This document shows, in pieces, positions 13,608 through 24,961 of a stretch of DNA of 64,000 nt (position 1 is its first letter; every line of letters starts with the position of its first letter). The stretch is taken from assembly GCF_963921235.1 (NCBI RefSeq), contig NC_086097.1, positions 221,776,001 to 221,840,000 on the forward strand. The letters run 5' to 3'. Source of the DNA: Mobula hypostoma (lineage: Eukaryota). The position numbers and the translations under genes are program-made. The notes beneath the pieces are model-generated. The model saw only the letters and a list, made by a program, of their open reading frames with translations. It searched no databases and had not been told where the DNA came from.

Positions 13608-14528
13608 ACAGTTGGAGAGGGATTCTTTTCTTGAAATTCTGCATGCTTTTTTCTCCGAACATACCTTACTTTTCTATTTTAGCTTCATCAGTCCACAGGA
13701 CTTGTTTCCAAAATGCATCAGGTTTGTTTAGATGTTCTTTTGAACCTTTTGAATAGAACTTTTTGGCTGCAATAAGCAAAGGTATGTTTGGAGAAAAAAG
13801 GGTGCAGAATTTCATGAAAAGAACACTGCTCCAACTGTTAAGCACGGGGGGTGGATCGATCATGCTTTGGGCTTGTGTTGCAGCCAGTGGCATGGGGAAA
13901 ATTCAGTGGTAGATGGAAGAATGAATTCAATTAAATACCAACAAATTCTGGAAGCAAACATCACACCGTCTGTAAAAAAAAGTCAAAGGTGAAAAGAGGA
14001 TGTCTTCTACAACAGGATAATGAACCTAAACACACCTCAAAATCCACAATGGACTACCTCAAGAGGTGCAAGCTGAAGATTTTGCCATGGCCCTCACAGT
14101 CCCCCGACCTAAACATCATCGAGAATCTGTGGATAAATTTCAAAAGAGCAGTGCATGCAAGACGACCCAAGAATCTCACAGAATTAGAAGACTTTTGCAA
14201 AGAAGAATGGGTGAAAATCCCCCAAACAAGAATTGAAAGACTCTTAGCTGGCTACAGAAAGCGTTTACAAGCTGTGATACTTGCCAAAGGGGGTGTTACT
14301 AAGTACTGATCATGCAGGGTGCCCAAACTTTTGCCTCGGGCCCATTTCCCTTTTTGTTATTTTGAAACTCTAAAAGAAGGGAAAAAAAAGTAATCTTGCT
14401 TAAAATATTAAAGAAATGTGTCATCTTTAACTTCATGCCTTTTGGAAATCAGGTCATCTTTTACTCCCTTAGCTATTCACAGTAACAGAAATTTTGACTA
14501 GGGGTGCCCAAACTTTTGCATGTCACTG
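13605..14528 (+). mobile_element. Tc1 (IR/DR-type) transposon, right half, with an inverted-duplicated segment at 13605-13750
   Basis: QQDNEPKH and WPSQSPDLNIIENLW in ORF 13989-14309. Direct repeat GGGTGCCCAAACTTTTGC at 14317-14334 and 14502-14519. Terminal CACTG at 14524-14528. The WTDEAK motif is on the opposite strand. Confidence 0.9.
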
Positions 14529-14553
14529 CACTTATTTTGATTGACTTACTTAT

Positions 14554-17500
14554 GTAATGCCCTGGGTAAGATTTGTGAGGTAGTTTATATTAGCCATTTT
14601 CTGTGCCATGCTGGAAAGTGTGTTTTGGCTTTGGCTAAGGTAAGGAGAAATGTTGTCCAACTTAGGAATGCGAGTTAAACCATAGAAACCATAGAAACTA
14701 CAGCACAGAAACAGGTCCTTTGGCCCTTCTTGGCTGTGCCAAACCATTTTCTGCCTAGTCCCACTGACCTGCACACGGACCATATCCCTCCATACACCTC
14801 CCATCCATGTATCTGTCCAATTTATTCTTAAATGTTACAAAAGAACCCACATTTACCACCTCGTCTGGCAGCTCATTCCATACTCCCACCACTCTCTGTG
14901 TGAAGAAGCTTCCCCTAATGTTCCCTTTAAACTTTTCCCCCCTCACCCTTAACCCATGTCCTCTGGTTTTTTTCTCCCTTTGCCTCAGTGGAAAAAGCCT
15001 GCTTGCATTCACTCTATCTATACCCATCATAATTTTATATACCTCTATCAAATCTCCCCTCATTCTTCTACGCTCCAGGGAATAAAGTCCTAACCCATTC
15101 AACTTTTCTCTGTAACTGAGTTTCTCAAGTCCCGGCAACATCCTTGTAAACCTTCTCTGCACTCTTTCAACCTTATTTATATCCTTCCTCTAATTTGGTG
15201 ACCAAAACTGAACACAATACTCCAGATTCGGCCTCACCAATGCCTTATACAAGCTCATCATAACATTCCAGCTCTTATACTCAATACTTCGATTAATAAA
15301 GGCCAATGTACCAAAAGCTCTCTTTACAACCCTATCTACCTATGACGACACTTTTAGGGAATTTTGTATCTGTATTCCCAGATCCCTCTGTTCCACTGCA
15401 CTCCTCAGTGCCTTACCATTAACCCTGTATGTTCTACGTTGGTTTGTCCTTCCAAAGTGCAATACCTCACACTTGTCAGTATTAAACTCCATCTGCCATT
15501 TTTCAGCCCATTTTTCCAGCTGGTCCAAGTCCCTCTGCAGGCCCTGAAAACCTTCCTTACTGTCTACTACACCTCCAATCTTTGTATCATCAGCAAACTT
15601 GCTGATCCAATTTACCACATTATCATCCAGATCATTGATATAGATGACAAATAACAATGGACCCAGCACTGATCCCTGTGGCACACCACTAGTCACAGGC
15701 CTCCACTCAGAGAAGCAATTCTCTACCACCACTCTCTGGCTTCTTCCATCGAGCCAATGTCCAATCCAATTTACCACCTCTCCATGTATACCTAGCGACT
15801 GAATTTTCCTAACTAACCTCCCATGCGGGACCTTGTCAAAGGCCTTACTCAAGTCCATGTAGACAATATCCACTGCCTTCCCTTCATCCACTTTCCTGGT
15901 AACCTCCTCGAAAAACTCCAACAGATTAGTCAAACATGACCTACCACGCACAAAGCCATGTTGACTCTCCCTAATAAGCCCCTGTCTATCCAAATGCTTG
16001 TAGATTCTGTCTCTTAGTACTCCCTCCAATAACTTACCTACTACTGACGTTAAACTCACCGGCCTATAATTTCCCGGATTACTTTTCGATCCTTTTTTAA
16101 ACAACGGAACAACATGAGCCACTCTCCAATCCTCCGGCACTTCACCCGTAGACAGCGACATTTTAAATATTTCTGCCAGGGCCCCCACAATTTCAACACT
16201 AGTCTCCTTCAAGGTCCGAGGGAACACTCTGTCAGGTCCCGGGGATTTATCCACTTTAATTTTCCTCAAGACAGCAAGCACCTCCTCCTTTTCAATCTGT
16301 ACAGTTTCCATGGTCTCACTACTTGATTCCCTCAATTCCATAGATTTCATGCCAGCTTCCTTAGTAAATACAGACGCAAAAAACCTATTTAAGATCTCCC
16401 CCATTTCCTTTGGTTCCGCACAAAGTCGACCACTCTGATCTTCAAGAGGACCAATTTTATCCCTTACAATCCTTTTGCTCTTAATATACTTGTAAAAGCT
16501 CTTTGGATTATCCTTCACTTTGACTGCCAAGGCAACCTCATGTCTTCTTTTAGCCCTCCTGATTTCTTTCTTAAGTATTTTCTTGCACTTCTTATACTCC
16601 TCAAGCACCTGATTTACCCCCTGTTTCCTATACATTTCATACAACTTCCTCTTCTTCTTTATCAGAGTTGCAATATCCCTTGAAAACCAAGGTTCCTTAT
16701 TCCTATTCAATTTGCCTTTAATCCTGACAGGAACATACAAACTCTGCACTCTCAAAATTTCCCCTTTGAAGGCTTCCCACCTACCAATCACATCTTTGCC
16801 AGACCCACGCTTCCCAATCCACGTGTCCCAATCCACGCTTTTTAGATCCTTTCTCATTTCTTCAAATTTGGCCTCCTTCCAGTTCAGAACCTCAACCCTA
16901 GGACCAGATCTATCCTTGTCCATGATCAAATTGAAACTAATGGTGTTATGATCACTGGAACCAAAGTGCTCCCCTACACAGACTTCCGTCACTTGCCCTA
17001 ATTCGTTACCTAACAGGAGATCCAATATTGCATCCACTCTAGTAGGTCCCTCTATATATTGATTTAGAAAACTTTCCTGAACACATTTTACAAACTCTAA
17101 ACCATCTAGACCCCTAACAGTATGGGAGTCCCAATTAATGTATGGAAAATTAAAATACCCTACCACCACAACTTTATGTTTCCTGCAGTTGCCTGCTATC
17201 TCTCTGCAGATTTGCTCTTCCAAGTCTCGTTGACTATTGGGTGGTCTGTAATACAATCCCACTAATGTGGCCATACCTTTCCTGTTTCTCAGCTCCACCC
17301 ATAAGGACTCAGTAGACAAGCCCTCTAATCTGTCCTGCCTGAACACTGCTGTAATATTTTCCCTAACAAGCAATGCTACTCCCCCACCTTTCATTCCTCT
17401 GCCTCGATCACATCTGAAACATCGGAACCCTGGAATACTAAGCTGCCAGTCCTGCCTCTCCTGTAGCCAAGTTTCACTAATTGCTACATCATAATTCCAC

Positions 17501-18020
17501 GTGTCAATCCACGCCTTCAACTCATCTGCCTTCCCCGCAATACTCCTAGCATTGAAATATATACATCTCAGAAGATTTTTACCACCACTCACAACCTTTC
17601 TATCAGCGGATTTGCTTAAACCTTCAACATCATTTATTTTCACCCCAGTCACACTGTCAGCTCTGGCACTCTGGTTCCCATCCCCCTGCAAATCTAGTTT
17701 AAAGCCTCCCCAATAGCACTAACAAACCTCCCTGAAAGGATATTGGTCCCCCTGTGGTTCAAGTGTAACCCGTCTCTCTTGTACAGGTCCCACCTACCCC
17801 AGAAGAGGTCCCAATGATCCTGAAATCTGAAACCCTGCTCCCTGCACCAGTTCCTCAGTCACTTGTTCCTCCTCCAGAGCATCCTATTCCTACCCTCACT
17901 TTAGCCAATCAGGATTGTGGGATGTGAGAGAGGTTCTAGAGAGCTGTGGGGAAGAGTTTTCTGAAGGACAGTCATCTGGTTTCGGGTCTTTTAGCAGGCC
18001 ACTAGGGAAGATGCAGACTC
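14554..18020 (+). mobile_element. Probable LTR fragment interrupted by the CR1 at 14678-17900
   Basis: Starts TGTAAT like the solo LTR at 36741 and has a similar AGGAGAAATG segment. Appears to resume at ~17901 (ttagccaatcagg). No right end identified. Confidence 0.35.
14678..17900 (-). mobile_element. CR1 LINE, near-intact ORF2 (APE and RT) plus the 3' part of ORF1
   Basis: 783-aa ORF 15340-17691 with [29 protein letters not shown] and KFADD. The ORF2 C-terminus continues to 14755 past in-frame stops. (TTCTATGGT)n tail. Confidence 0.97.
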
Positions 18021-20101
18021 AATTATGGATTTGAAAAGGGAATTGGATTAATACTGAAGATCAAATAGTTTATGTGTCTATGGGAAAGGAGCAGCTGAAT
18101 TGCGCTGCAAAGAAATGGCAAGCCCCAATAGTGCAATTGGCCGCTTTTCTTTGCTGTAAGGATTTGGTGTTTCTGGCTAATCTGTGCTACTAAGTGTTGT
18201 TTTCTAAAGGGTGGCCCACATAGAATAGTAGTTACATCTTGTGAAATGGTTCCTCAAGAAAAACATCAGTTGAGCTTTACTTAGGGATTGACATCAGCCA
18301 TGTGTGTGCTGACATGTCACATGTGGATCTTACAATTACACAACCTTGATCTGGTATTGGGAAATGAATTTGGTCAGGTGTCAGAGCTCTCGGTCAGAGA
18401 GCATTTTGGAGGTAGTGACCACAACTCTATCTCCTTCACCATAGTGCTGGAGAAGGATAGGAGCAGACAATTTGGGAAAACATTTAATTGGGGTAGGGGG
18501 AAATATGATGCAATTAGGCAGGAACTTGGGACCATAAATTGGGAGCAGATATTCTCAGGAAAATGCACGGCAGAAATGTGGCAAATTTTCAGGGAACATT
18601 TGTATGGAGTTCTGCATAGGTTTGTTCCATCGAGGCAGGGAAAGGATGGTAGAGTTAAACAAACATGGTATACAGAGTATGTAGAAAATCTAGTTAAGAA
18701 GAAAAGCTTACGAAAGGTTTAAGAAATGAGGTACTGTAAGAGCTCTAGAAAATTACAAAGTTGTTAGGAAAGAGCTTAAGAATGGAATTAAGAGAGCCAG
18801 GAGGAGCCATGAGAAGGCCTTGGTGAGCAGGATTAAGGAAAACTCCAAGGCATTCTACAAGTATGTGAAGAGCAGGAGGATGAGCCGAGTGAGAAAAGGA
18901 CCAATCAGGTCCAATAGTGGAAATGTGCCCATGGGGTCGGAGGAGGTAGTGGATGTACTCATTGAATACTTTGCTTCAATATTCACCAGGGACAAAGACC
19001 TTGGCAATTGTGGGGATGACATAGAGCAGAGAAACACTTGAGCATATAGACATTAAGAGAGTGGATGTGCTGGAGCTTTTGAAAAGCATTAAGTTAGATA
19101 AGTCACCAGGACTGGATGAGATATACCCCAGGCTATTTGTGGGAAGCAAGGGAGGAGATTGCTGAATCTCTTGCGATGATCTTTGCATCATCAATAGGGA
19201 CGGAAGAAGTACTGGAAGATTGGAGGGTTGCAAATGTTTTTCCCTTGTTCAAGAAAGGGAGTAGAGATAAACAGGGAAATTATAGACCATTGAATCTGAC
19301 TTCAGTGGTGGGCAAGTTGTTGGAGAAGTTCCTGAGAGGCAGGATTTATGAGCATTTGGAAACACATAATCTGATTAGGGATAGTCAGCATGGATTTGTC
19401 AAGGACAGGTTGTGCCTTACAAGCCTGATTGAATTCTTTGAGGATGTAACAAAACACGATGAAGGTAGAGCAGTGGATGTAGTGTATATAGATTTCAGTA
19501 AGACATTTGATAAGGTTCCCCATGTAAGACTCCTTCGGAAAGTAAGGAGGCATGGGATCCAAGGAGACCTTGCTTTGTGAATCTAGAATTGGCTTGCCCA
19601 CAGAAGGCAAAGAGTGGTTGTAGATGGTTCATATTCCGCATGGAGATCGGTGACCAGTGGTGTTTTGCAGGGATCTGTTCTGGGACCCCTCCTGTTTGTG
19701 ATTTTTATAAATGACCTGAATGAAGAAGTAGAAGGGTATGTTAATAAGTTTGCTGATGATGCAAAGGTTGAACGTGTTGTGGATAGTGTAGAGGGTTGTC
19801 AGAGGTTACAGCAGGACATCAATAGGATGCAGAACTGGGCTGAAAAGTGGCAGATGGACTTCAACCCAGATAAGTGTGAAGTGGTTCATTTTGGTAGGTC
19901 CAATTTAAAGATAGAATATAATATAAATGGTAAGACTCTTGGCAGTGTGGAGGATCTGAGAGATCTTGGGAATCCATGTCCATAGGACACTCAAAGCTGC
20001 TGTGCAGGTTGACAGTGTTGTTAAGAAGGCGTATGGTGTTGGCCCTCATCAACCATGGGATTGAGTTCAAGAGCCATATGTTACAGTTATATAAGACCTT
20101 G

Positions 20102-20510
20102 CTTCTCCATGGATTGTCACCTTGTCGTGGTGGAGAAGCTTGTGTGGTCCTGTGATCCCGAGAGCGATGCCGTCTGCAGCTATGCTCCTGGTCGGGTCAC
20201 CCATGGCAGTAAGGTCGAGGGTGAGGTCCCTGACAAAGAACGATCCAATCAAGACTTCAACGGTGGAACAGGCACACAAAGTTACTTTGAACACAATGGC
20301 TGTGAAGGAGGATGAAGGCTGCAACATATCTATCAGCTCCAATCGTCGTGGTTTCCATGCCACTGGAATTAGTTGGTTGACTTGCGAAGCATCGTGTGCT
20401 TCTTGGAGTGCAACATCAAGTACACATTAAACAAATACACGTACAGGCATCTTCGCTCTGTACGGAATGAAGACCATCATCTTCGACCTCGAGGGATAGC
20501 CACGACGACG
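20102..20510 (+). mobile_element. Short non-autonomous RTE-derived element (RTE 5'-UTR-like head, (ACG)n tail)
   Basis: Perfect 11-bp TSD ATAAGACCTTG (20091-20101 and 20511-20521). The head CACCTTGTCGTGGTG...GGGTCACCCATGG...CTGACAAAG resembles the conserved RTE/BovB 5' region. A second copy is at ~62764-62985. Confidence 0.75.
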
Positions 20511-20678
20511 ATAAGACCTTGATCAGACCCCACCTGGAGTACTGTGCTCTGTTCTGGTCACCTCACTACAGGAAAGATGTGTAAACTATAGAAAGAGTGC
20601 AGAGCAGATTTACAAGGATGTTACAACAAAGTTGCTGGTGAACGCAGCAGGCCAGGCAGCATCTATAGGAAGAGGCGC

Positions 20679-20714
20679 AGTCGACGTTTCAGGCCGAGAC
20701 CCTTCATCAGGACT
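20679..20714 (-). ncRNA. Minimal type I hammerhead ribozyme motif (antisense copy)
   Basis: Exact reverse complement of 20957-20992. Confidence 0.8.
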
Positions 20715-20956
20715 AACTGAAGGCTTATATAGATGCTGCCTGGCCTGCTGCGTTCACCAGCAACTTTGATGTATGTTGCTTGAATTTCCAGCATCTGCAG
20801 AATTCCTGTTGTTTGCGTTTAAATTCACTACTGCGAAGCCTCTTCCGGTGATGCCTACACCGAAGAAGTTTAGATCCTCTCTTCGACGGGAGTTCAGTGA
20901 AACCATCTCTCACTGCTCCCCATCTGTGATTTCTTCGGCTCTTCAACCCTTCAGTT

Positions 20957-20992
20957 AGTCCTGATGAAGGGTCTCGGCCTGAAACGTCGACT
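20957..20992 (+). ncRNA. Minimal type I hammerhead ribozyme motif
   Basis: AGTC (stem I) - CTGATGA core - AGG/CCT stem II - GAAA - CGTC^ - GACT (stem I'). A palindromic ACGT replaces stem III, as in PLE-associated minimal hammerheads. Confidence 0.85.
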
Positions 20993-23087
20993 GCGCCTCT
21001 TCCTATAGATGCTGCCTGGCCTGCTGCGTTCACCAGCAACTTTGATGTATGTTGCTTGAATTTCCAGCATCTGCAGAATTCCTGTTGTTTACAAGGATGT
21101 TGCCTGGATTGGGGAACATGCCTCATGAGAATAGGTTGAGTATACTTGGCCTTTTCTCCTTGGAGTGATGGAGGATGAGAGGTGACCTGATAGAGGTGTA
21201 TAAGGTGATGAGGGTCATTGATATAGCCAGAGGTTTTTTCCCAGGGCTGAAATGGCTAATATGAGGGAACATAGTTTTAAGGTGCTTGGAAATAAGTACT
21301 GAAGGGACGTCAGGGGTAAGTTTTTCACACAGAGAGTGGTGGGTGTGTGGAATGCACTGCCAGCGGTGGTGGTGGAAGCAAATACAATAGGGTTTTTTTA
21401 AGAGCCTCTTAGATAGGTACATGGAGCTTACGAAAATAGAGGGCTATGCATTCGGGAAAATCTAGGCAGTCTCTAGAGCAGGTTACATGATTGGCACAAC
21501 ATTGTGGGCTGAAGGACCTGTAATACGCTGTAAATTTCTATGTATCTATGTATAACAATAAGATATCTGTGGTAGAAATCACAACCACATTTTGCATTCA
21601 ATTTAATGGCTCAATTCAGTAGCTTAGTGAATAAAACAAGCAACGTCCCTTTCAATTTCCAGGCCTTTATAATCTACTTCATCATGTTCCCAAACAATTT
21701 ACAAACAAAGCATTTATTTTTTAATATTTTAATTGTGCAAGTTCTCCACCAAAGAAGATGAAAAATATACCAAAATAGCTTGAAAATAAAGACACCAAAA
21801 ACTTATTTTTATTTTTTAAATTTGTTGTCTATCTGTAGACAATTAGTCATTTTTAAATTAATTATGAAGATTTTAGGGATCTTTATATTTTAAGTGGCCC
21901 CCGACTTCTCCCATTGCAACTTGGAATACCAGAGATAATTTTAGACCCTGGCCACCAGCCTGATTAGGTGTAAACCATAGAATGCACACCAGGTTTCTGT
22001 AATTTTCAGATATAAATAGACCATTGCGATTTGAGGAGAAATAATGGAGAGTGGTTTTGAAACAATGGATTAGCTCTGATCCTAGAATGAAGGACCACAA
22101 ATGGGTGAGAGAGACCCAGATTTATTGACTTCAATATTGCGTTCCTCTCTCCTTTCCGATCATACTTAGAGTTGGAAATCACAGCAGGTGATCTCTGTTG
22201 ATTCTGGGGTATTGTGGGATCTATTGGAACAATGGGAGTGAGGTGTGAAGTCATTGAAGGTAGTGGGTAGGTGGATAGTGCTGGACTAACTGCAGCAGAT
22301 ACTACAGTTAGCAAAAGGAAGGAGAGAATCCTTCAGCTACTTCAAGTTCACAAGTGTGCACTAAAAAACATCTACCAGCTGCAGCCAGCTGCTCCCCGGT
22401 TCACTTGGCTGCCAGGGTTCCCAAGCTCTGAAAAACCCAGTCTGCAGCTGTTGAGTTTATAACAGGGACCAAAATGCACTATAGGGGCATGATTAAAAAG
22501 TTACAATAAAATGTTTTGTCATTCCAATGTGGGACACTCACACTCCATTTGCTCACCAATTTTTCACTATTAACCCAACCTTTCTGTTGACCTCACTTGT
22601 TGAGGGAAAAATTTTGTTCCTATTGGATTCAAATAAATTTTCTGCTGCATTGATAGAAAGATATGTTCTAGTGAAAAAAAGTTAAAACTAACAACTTGGA
22701 GTTCGTTTCAAGGTTTACATTGCTGAAATGTTAGGAATTGCTAATAATGATAGCTCGACAAATTCTTCCAGTATTTCAGTTTTGAATTTGGAATCCAGTA
22801 TTTGCTTCTAGAATAACCTCTACAGTGACAAAAACACAAATATATGCTTGGCATTTTTTTTTGCTGATAGAGATTCCAAAACCTAAGAAATCTCAAGGCT
22901 TTGCCATGCAGAACTTTGCTCATTGAGAAGATAAATAAGGTAGTTAGGCACAAAAATCAATGCCTTTCCTGATCATTGTGCCAATAATAATGTATAATCC
23001 AAAAACTGGGTGGTCCACAGAACAGACACACTGAAATCTGGTTGTGATGTCTAAATCATTTTCCCAATAAGTCGAGGCAAGGAACCA

Positions 23088-23345
23088 GATTCAGAATCAG
23101 GTTTATTATCACTGACATAGGTCATGAAATTTGTTGTTTTGCAGCAGTAGTACACTGCAATACATAAAATACATGATAAATTACAACAAGAAATATACAC
23201 ACAAAACTTAGTGCAAAAACAGAGCAAAAATACTGAGGTAGCATTCATGGGTTTATTGTCCATTTAGAAATCAGATGGCAGAGGGGAAGAAGCTACTCTT
23301 ACAACGTTGTGTGTGTCTTCGGGCTCCTGTATGTCCTCTTTGATG
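23088..23345 (-). mobile_element. Rex1-type LINE 3' end
   Basis: gattcagaatcaggtttattatcactg matches the 3' terminus at 3716-3760. Confidence 0.75.
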
Positions 23346-24199
23346 AATCATAAGTGGCTCATCCATTCATATGACATTTACAGACCAAGTTCCTGCTTGC
23401 GAAAGGAATCGTTTTTCAACTAGTTTCATCTGTATGTGTTTTATAAGTTTGGGATCTGTGTCAGTATCTGGAGTTATGCTGCGTCACCTAACAGATAACT
23501 GGTTGCAAGTTTTGTTATAATATATACTGTGGGTCAGATCTCTCATTACAACTGGAAAACGAATCACACATGTAGTATTACATTCCACATACCAATTATT
23601 TCCAAGTTTCCACTTTCATGACTCAAAATAAATTTATCAATGCAGATGTATGGATTCCTCACACTACAGAGAAAAATTTCAAAAAAAAAAACAGCTTTGG
23701 AATTTTGCCAGTCAATCCATTAACAAGTGCTAAGGATCAGCAGCTTTATTTGGTCAAACATTGGTTTTCATTGACCAATCCGATCGATCAATCAATTAAA
23801 GCAGAATTTTATTCTTACAGTTAGCATTAAACAATTAAATAATCATTCTATACTTGTATTGTATATTGATTACAATATAAATTCCATAGGAATTGAAACA
23901 CAAAAATGTGTTGGTACATAATATAAGGATAATTTTAACATTCTACGAAGATATAAAGTACTTCTTTAGTGTTCAGACGTTTACTTTTAAAGGTACATAA
24001 TGAAAGTTTTTGAAGTATGCTAAATACACACAACTTTCATGAAACTTTTATCTTTTATTTTTGTCACTTTTGCAGGGTATCAGTGCGGCTGGTTGGTACA
24101 GTTGCTGGGGTGAATTGGAGAGAAAAAGGCTGGGTTCCTGACGTAAGGCAGGTTGCTTTCCCCCAGTCTCCACAGATATACTTCTTTACAGATCACTTG

Positions 24200-24960
24200 A
24201 TCGGACGCAGCAATCTGTGAATCCCTTTGTTCTCTTACTTTGCACATGTCAATCCCCATTTTATTAACTCATTATCTTTGCCTTCCTCCATCTCCCCAGT
24301 TCCCAAAGGCACCCCATGACTAAACAGACCAATATAATTTCCAACTCTCTTCCAACGTCCAGATGCTCACACCTACCCTCCTCTTCCCATCACATCTCCG
24401 AATTCCCTCCAACCTCCAACATAACTTCTTCCACTGATCTTCAACTTCAATCTTGGATGATCGCAGGACGCTTATTCACTAATTTCCCCTGACTATCAAT
24501 CCTCCAATTCAACTCCATTCTGCCTATAGTCCTCAACTTTTCTCACCTTTCCATCTCTAATCCTCCAATTTTCAAGCAGCTTACTGGCTACCCCATCCCA
24601 ACAATCTTCAACTCCAAACTTCCTCTATGAGCAGATTCCCTAAACTTTTTCCTCATCACGCTCACTCTAAGTATTCACCTCACCACAGCCCATTCTCCTT
24701 CCCATTCCTGCAATACATAACCCCAATAAATATCTCATTGCATGAGGTCTCAAGCACTTATCTTGATCACCAACATCTGTGGCCTCTCTCACATCTCTGT
24801 GTTCTCCAATCCTTTTGACTTCTGACATGCACAAACCTGATTTTGGGTACTGCAACCTTCCCAGCTTCTTCCCCATCATTGTCAGAGTTGACTCCCTTAA
24901 CTCCTATTCCTCATTCCCCTGCTACCCAATTTTCAACTTTCTTATACCTGCCTCCCATCA
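24200..24960. repeat. C/T-rich strand-biased low-complexity tract
   Basis: Strong G depletion on the plus strand; no clear repeat unit. Confidence 0.5.
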
Positions 24961-24961
24961 C

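Larger units (their letters stand above)
20623..21087 (+). mobile_element. Penelope-derived mini-element: inverted pLTR, partial pLTR, short ORF-start segment and pLTR
   Basis: 14-bp flanking duplication TTTACAAGGATGTT (20609-20622 and 21088-21101). 97-bp inverted repeat (20627-20723 vs 20948-21044). 87-bp direct repeat (20728-20814 vs 21004-21090). Confidence 0.9.
18345..21553 (+). mobile_element. CR1 LINE, degenerate ORF2, hosting insertions at 20102-20510 and 20623-21087
   Basis: ORFs 18288-18722 (LDLVLGNE, SDHN), 19116-19580 and 19614-19985. CR1 3' end at ~21480-21553. Confidence 0.93.

Noticed and set aside
20725..21126. 133-aa ORF with an internal repeat
   Set aside because: It is the antisense reading of the duplicated pLTR.
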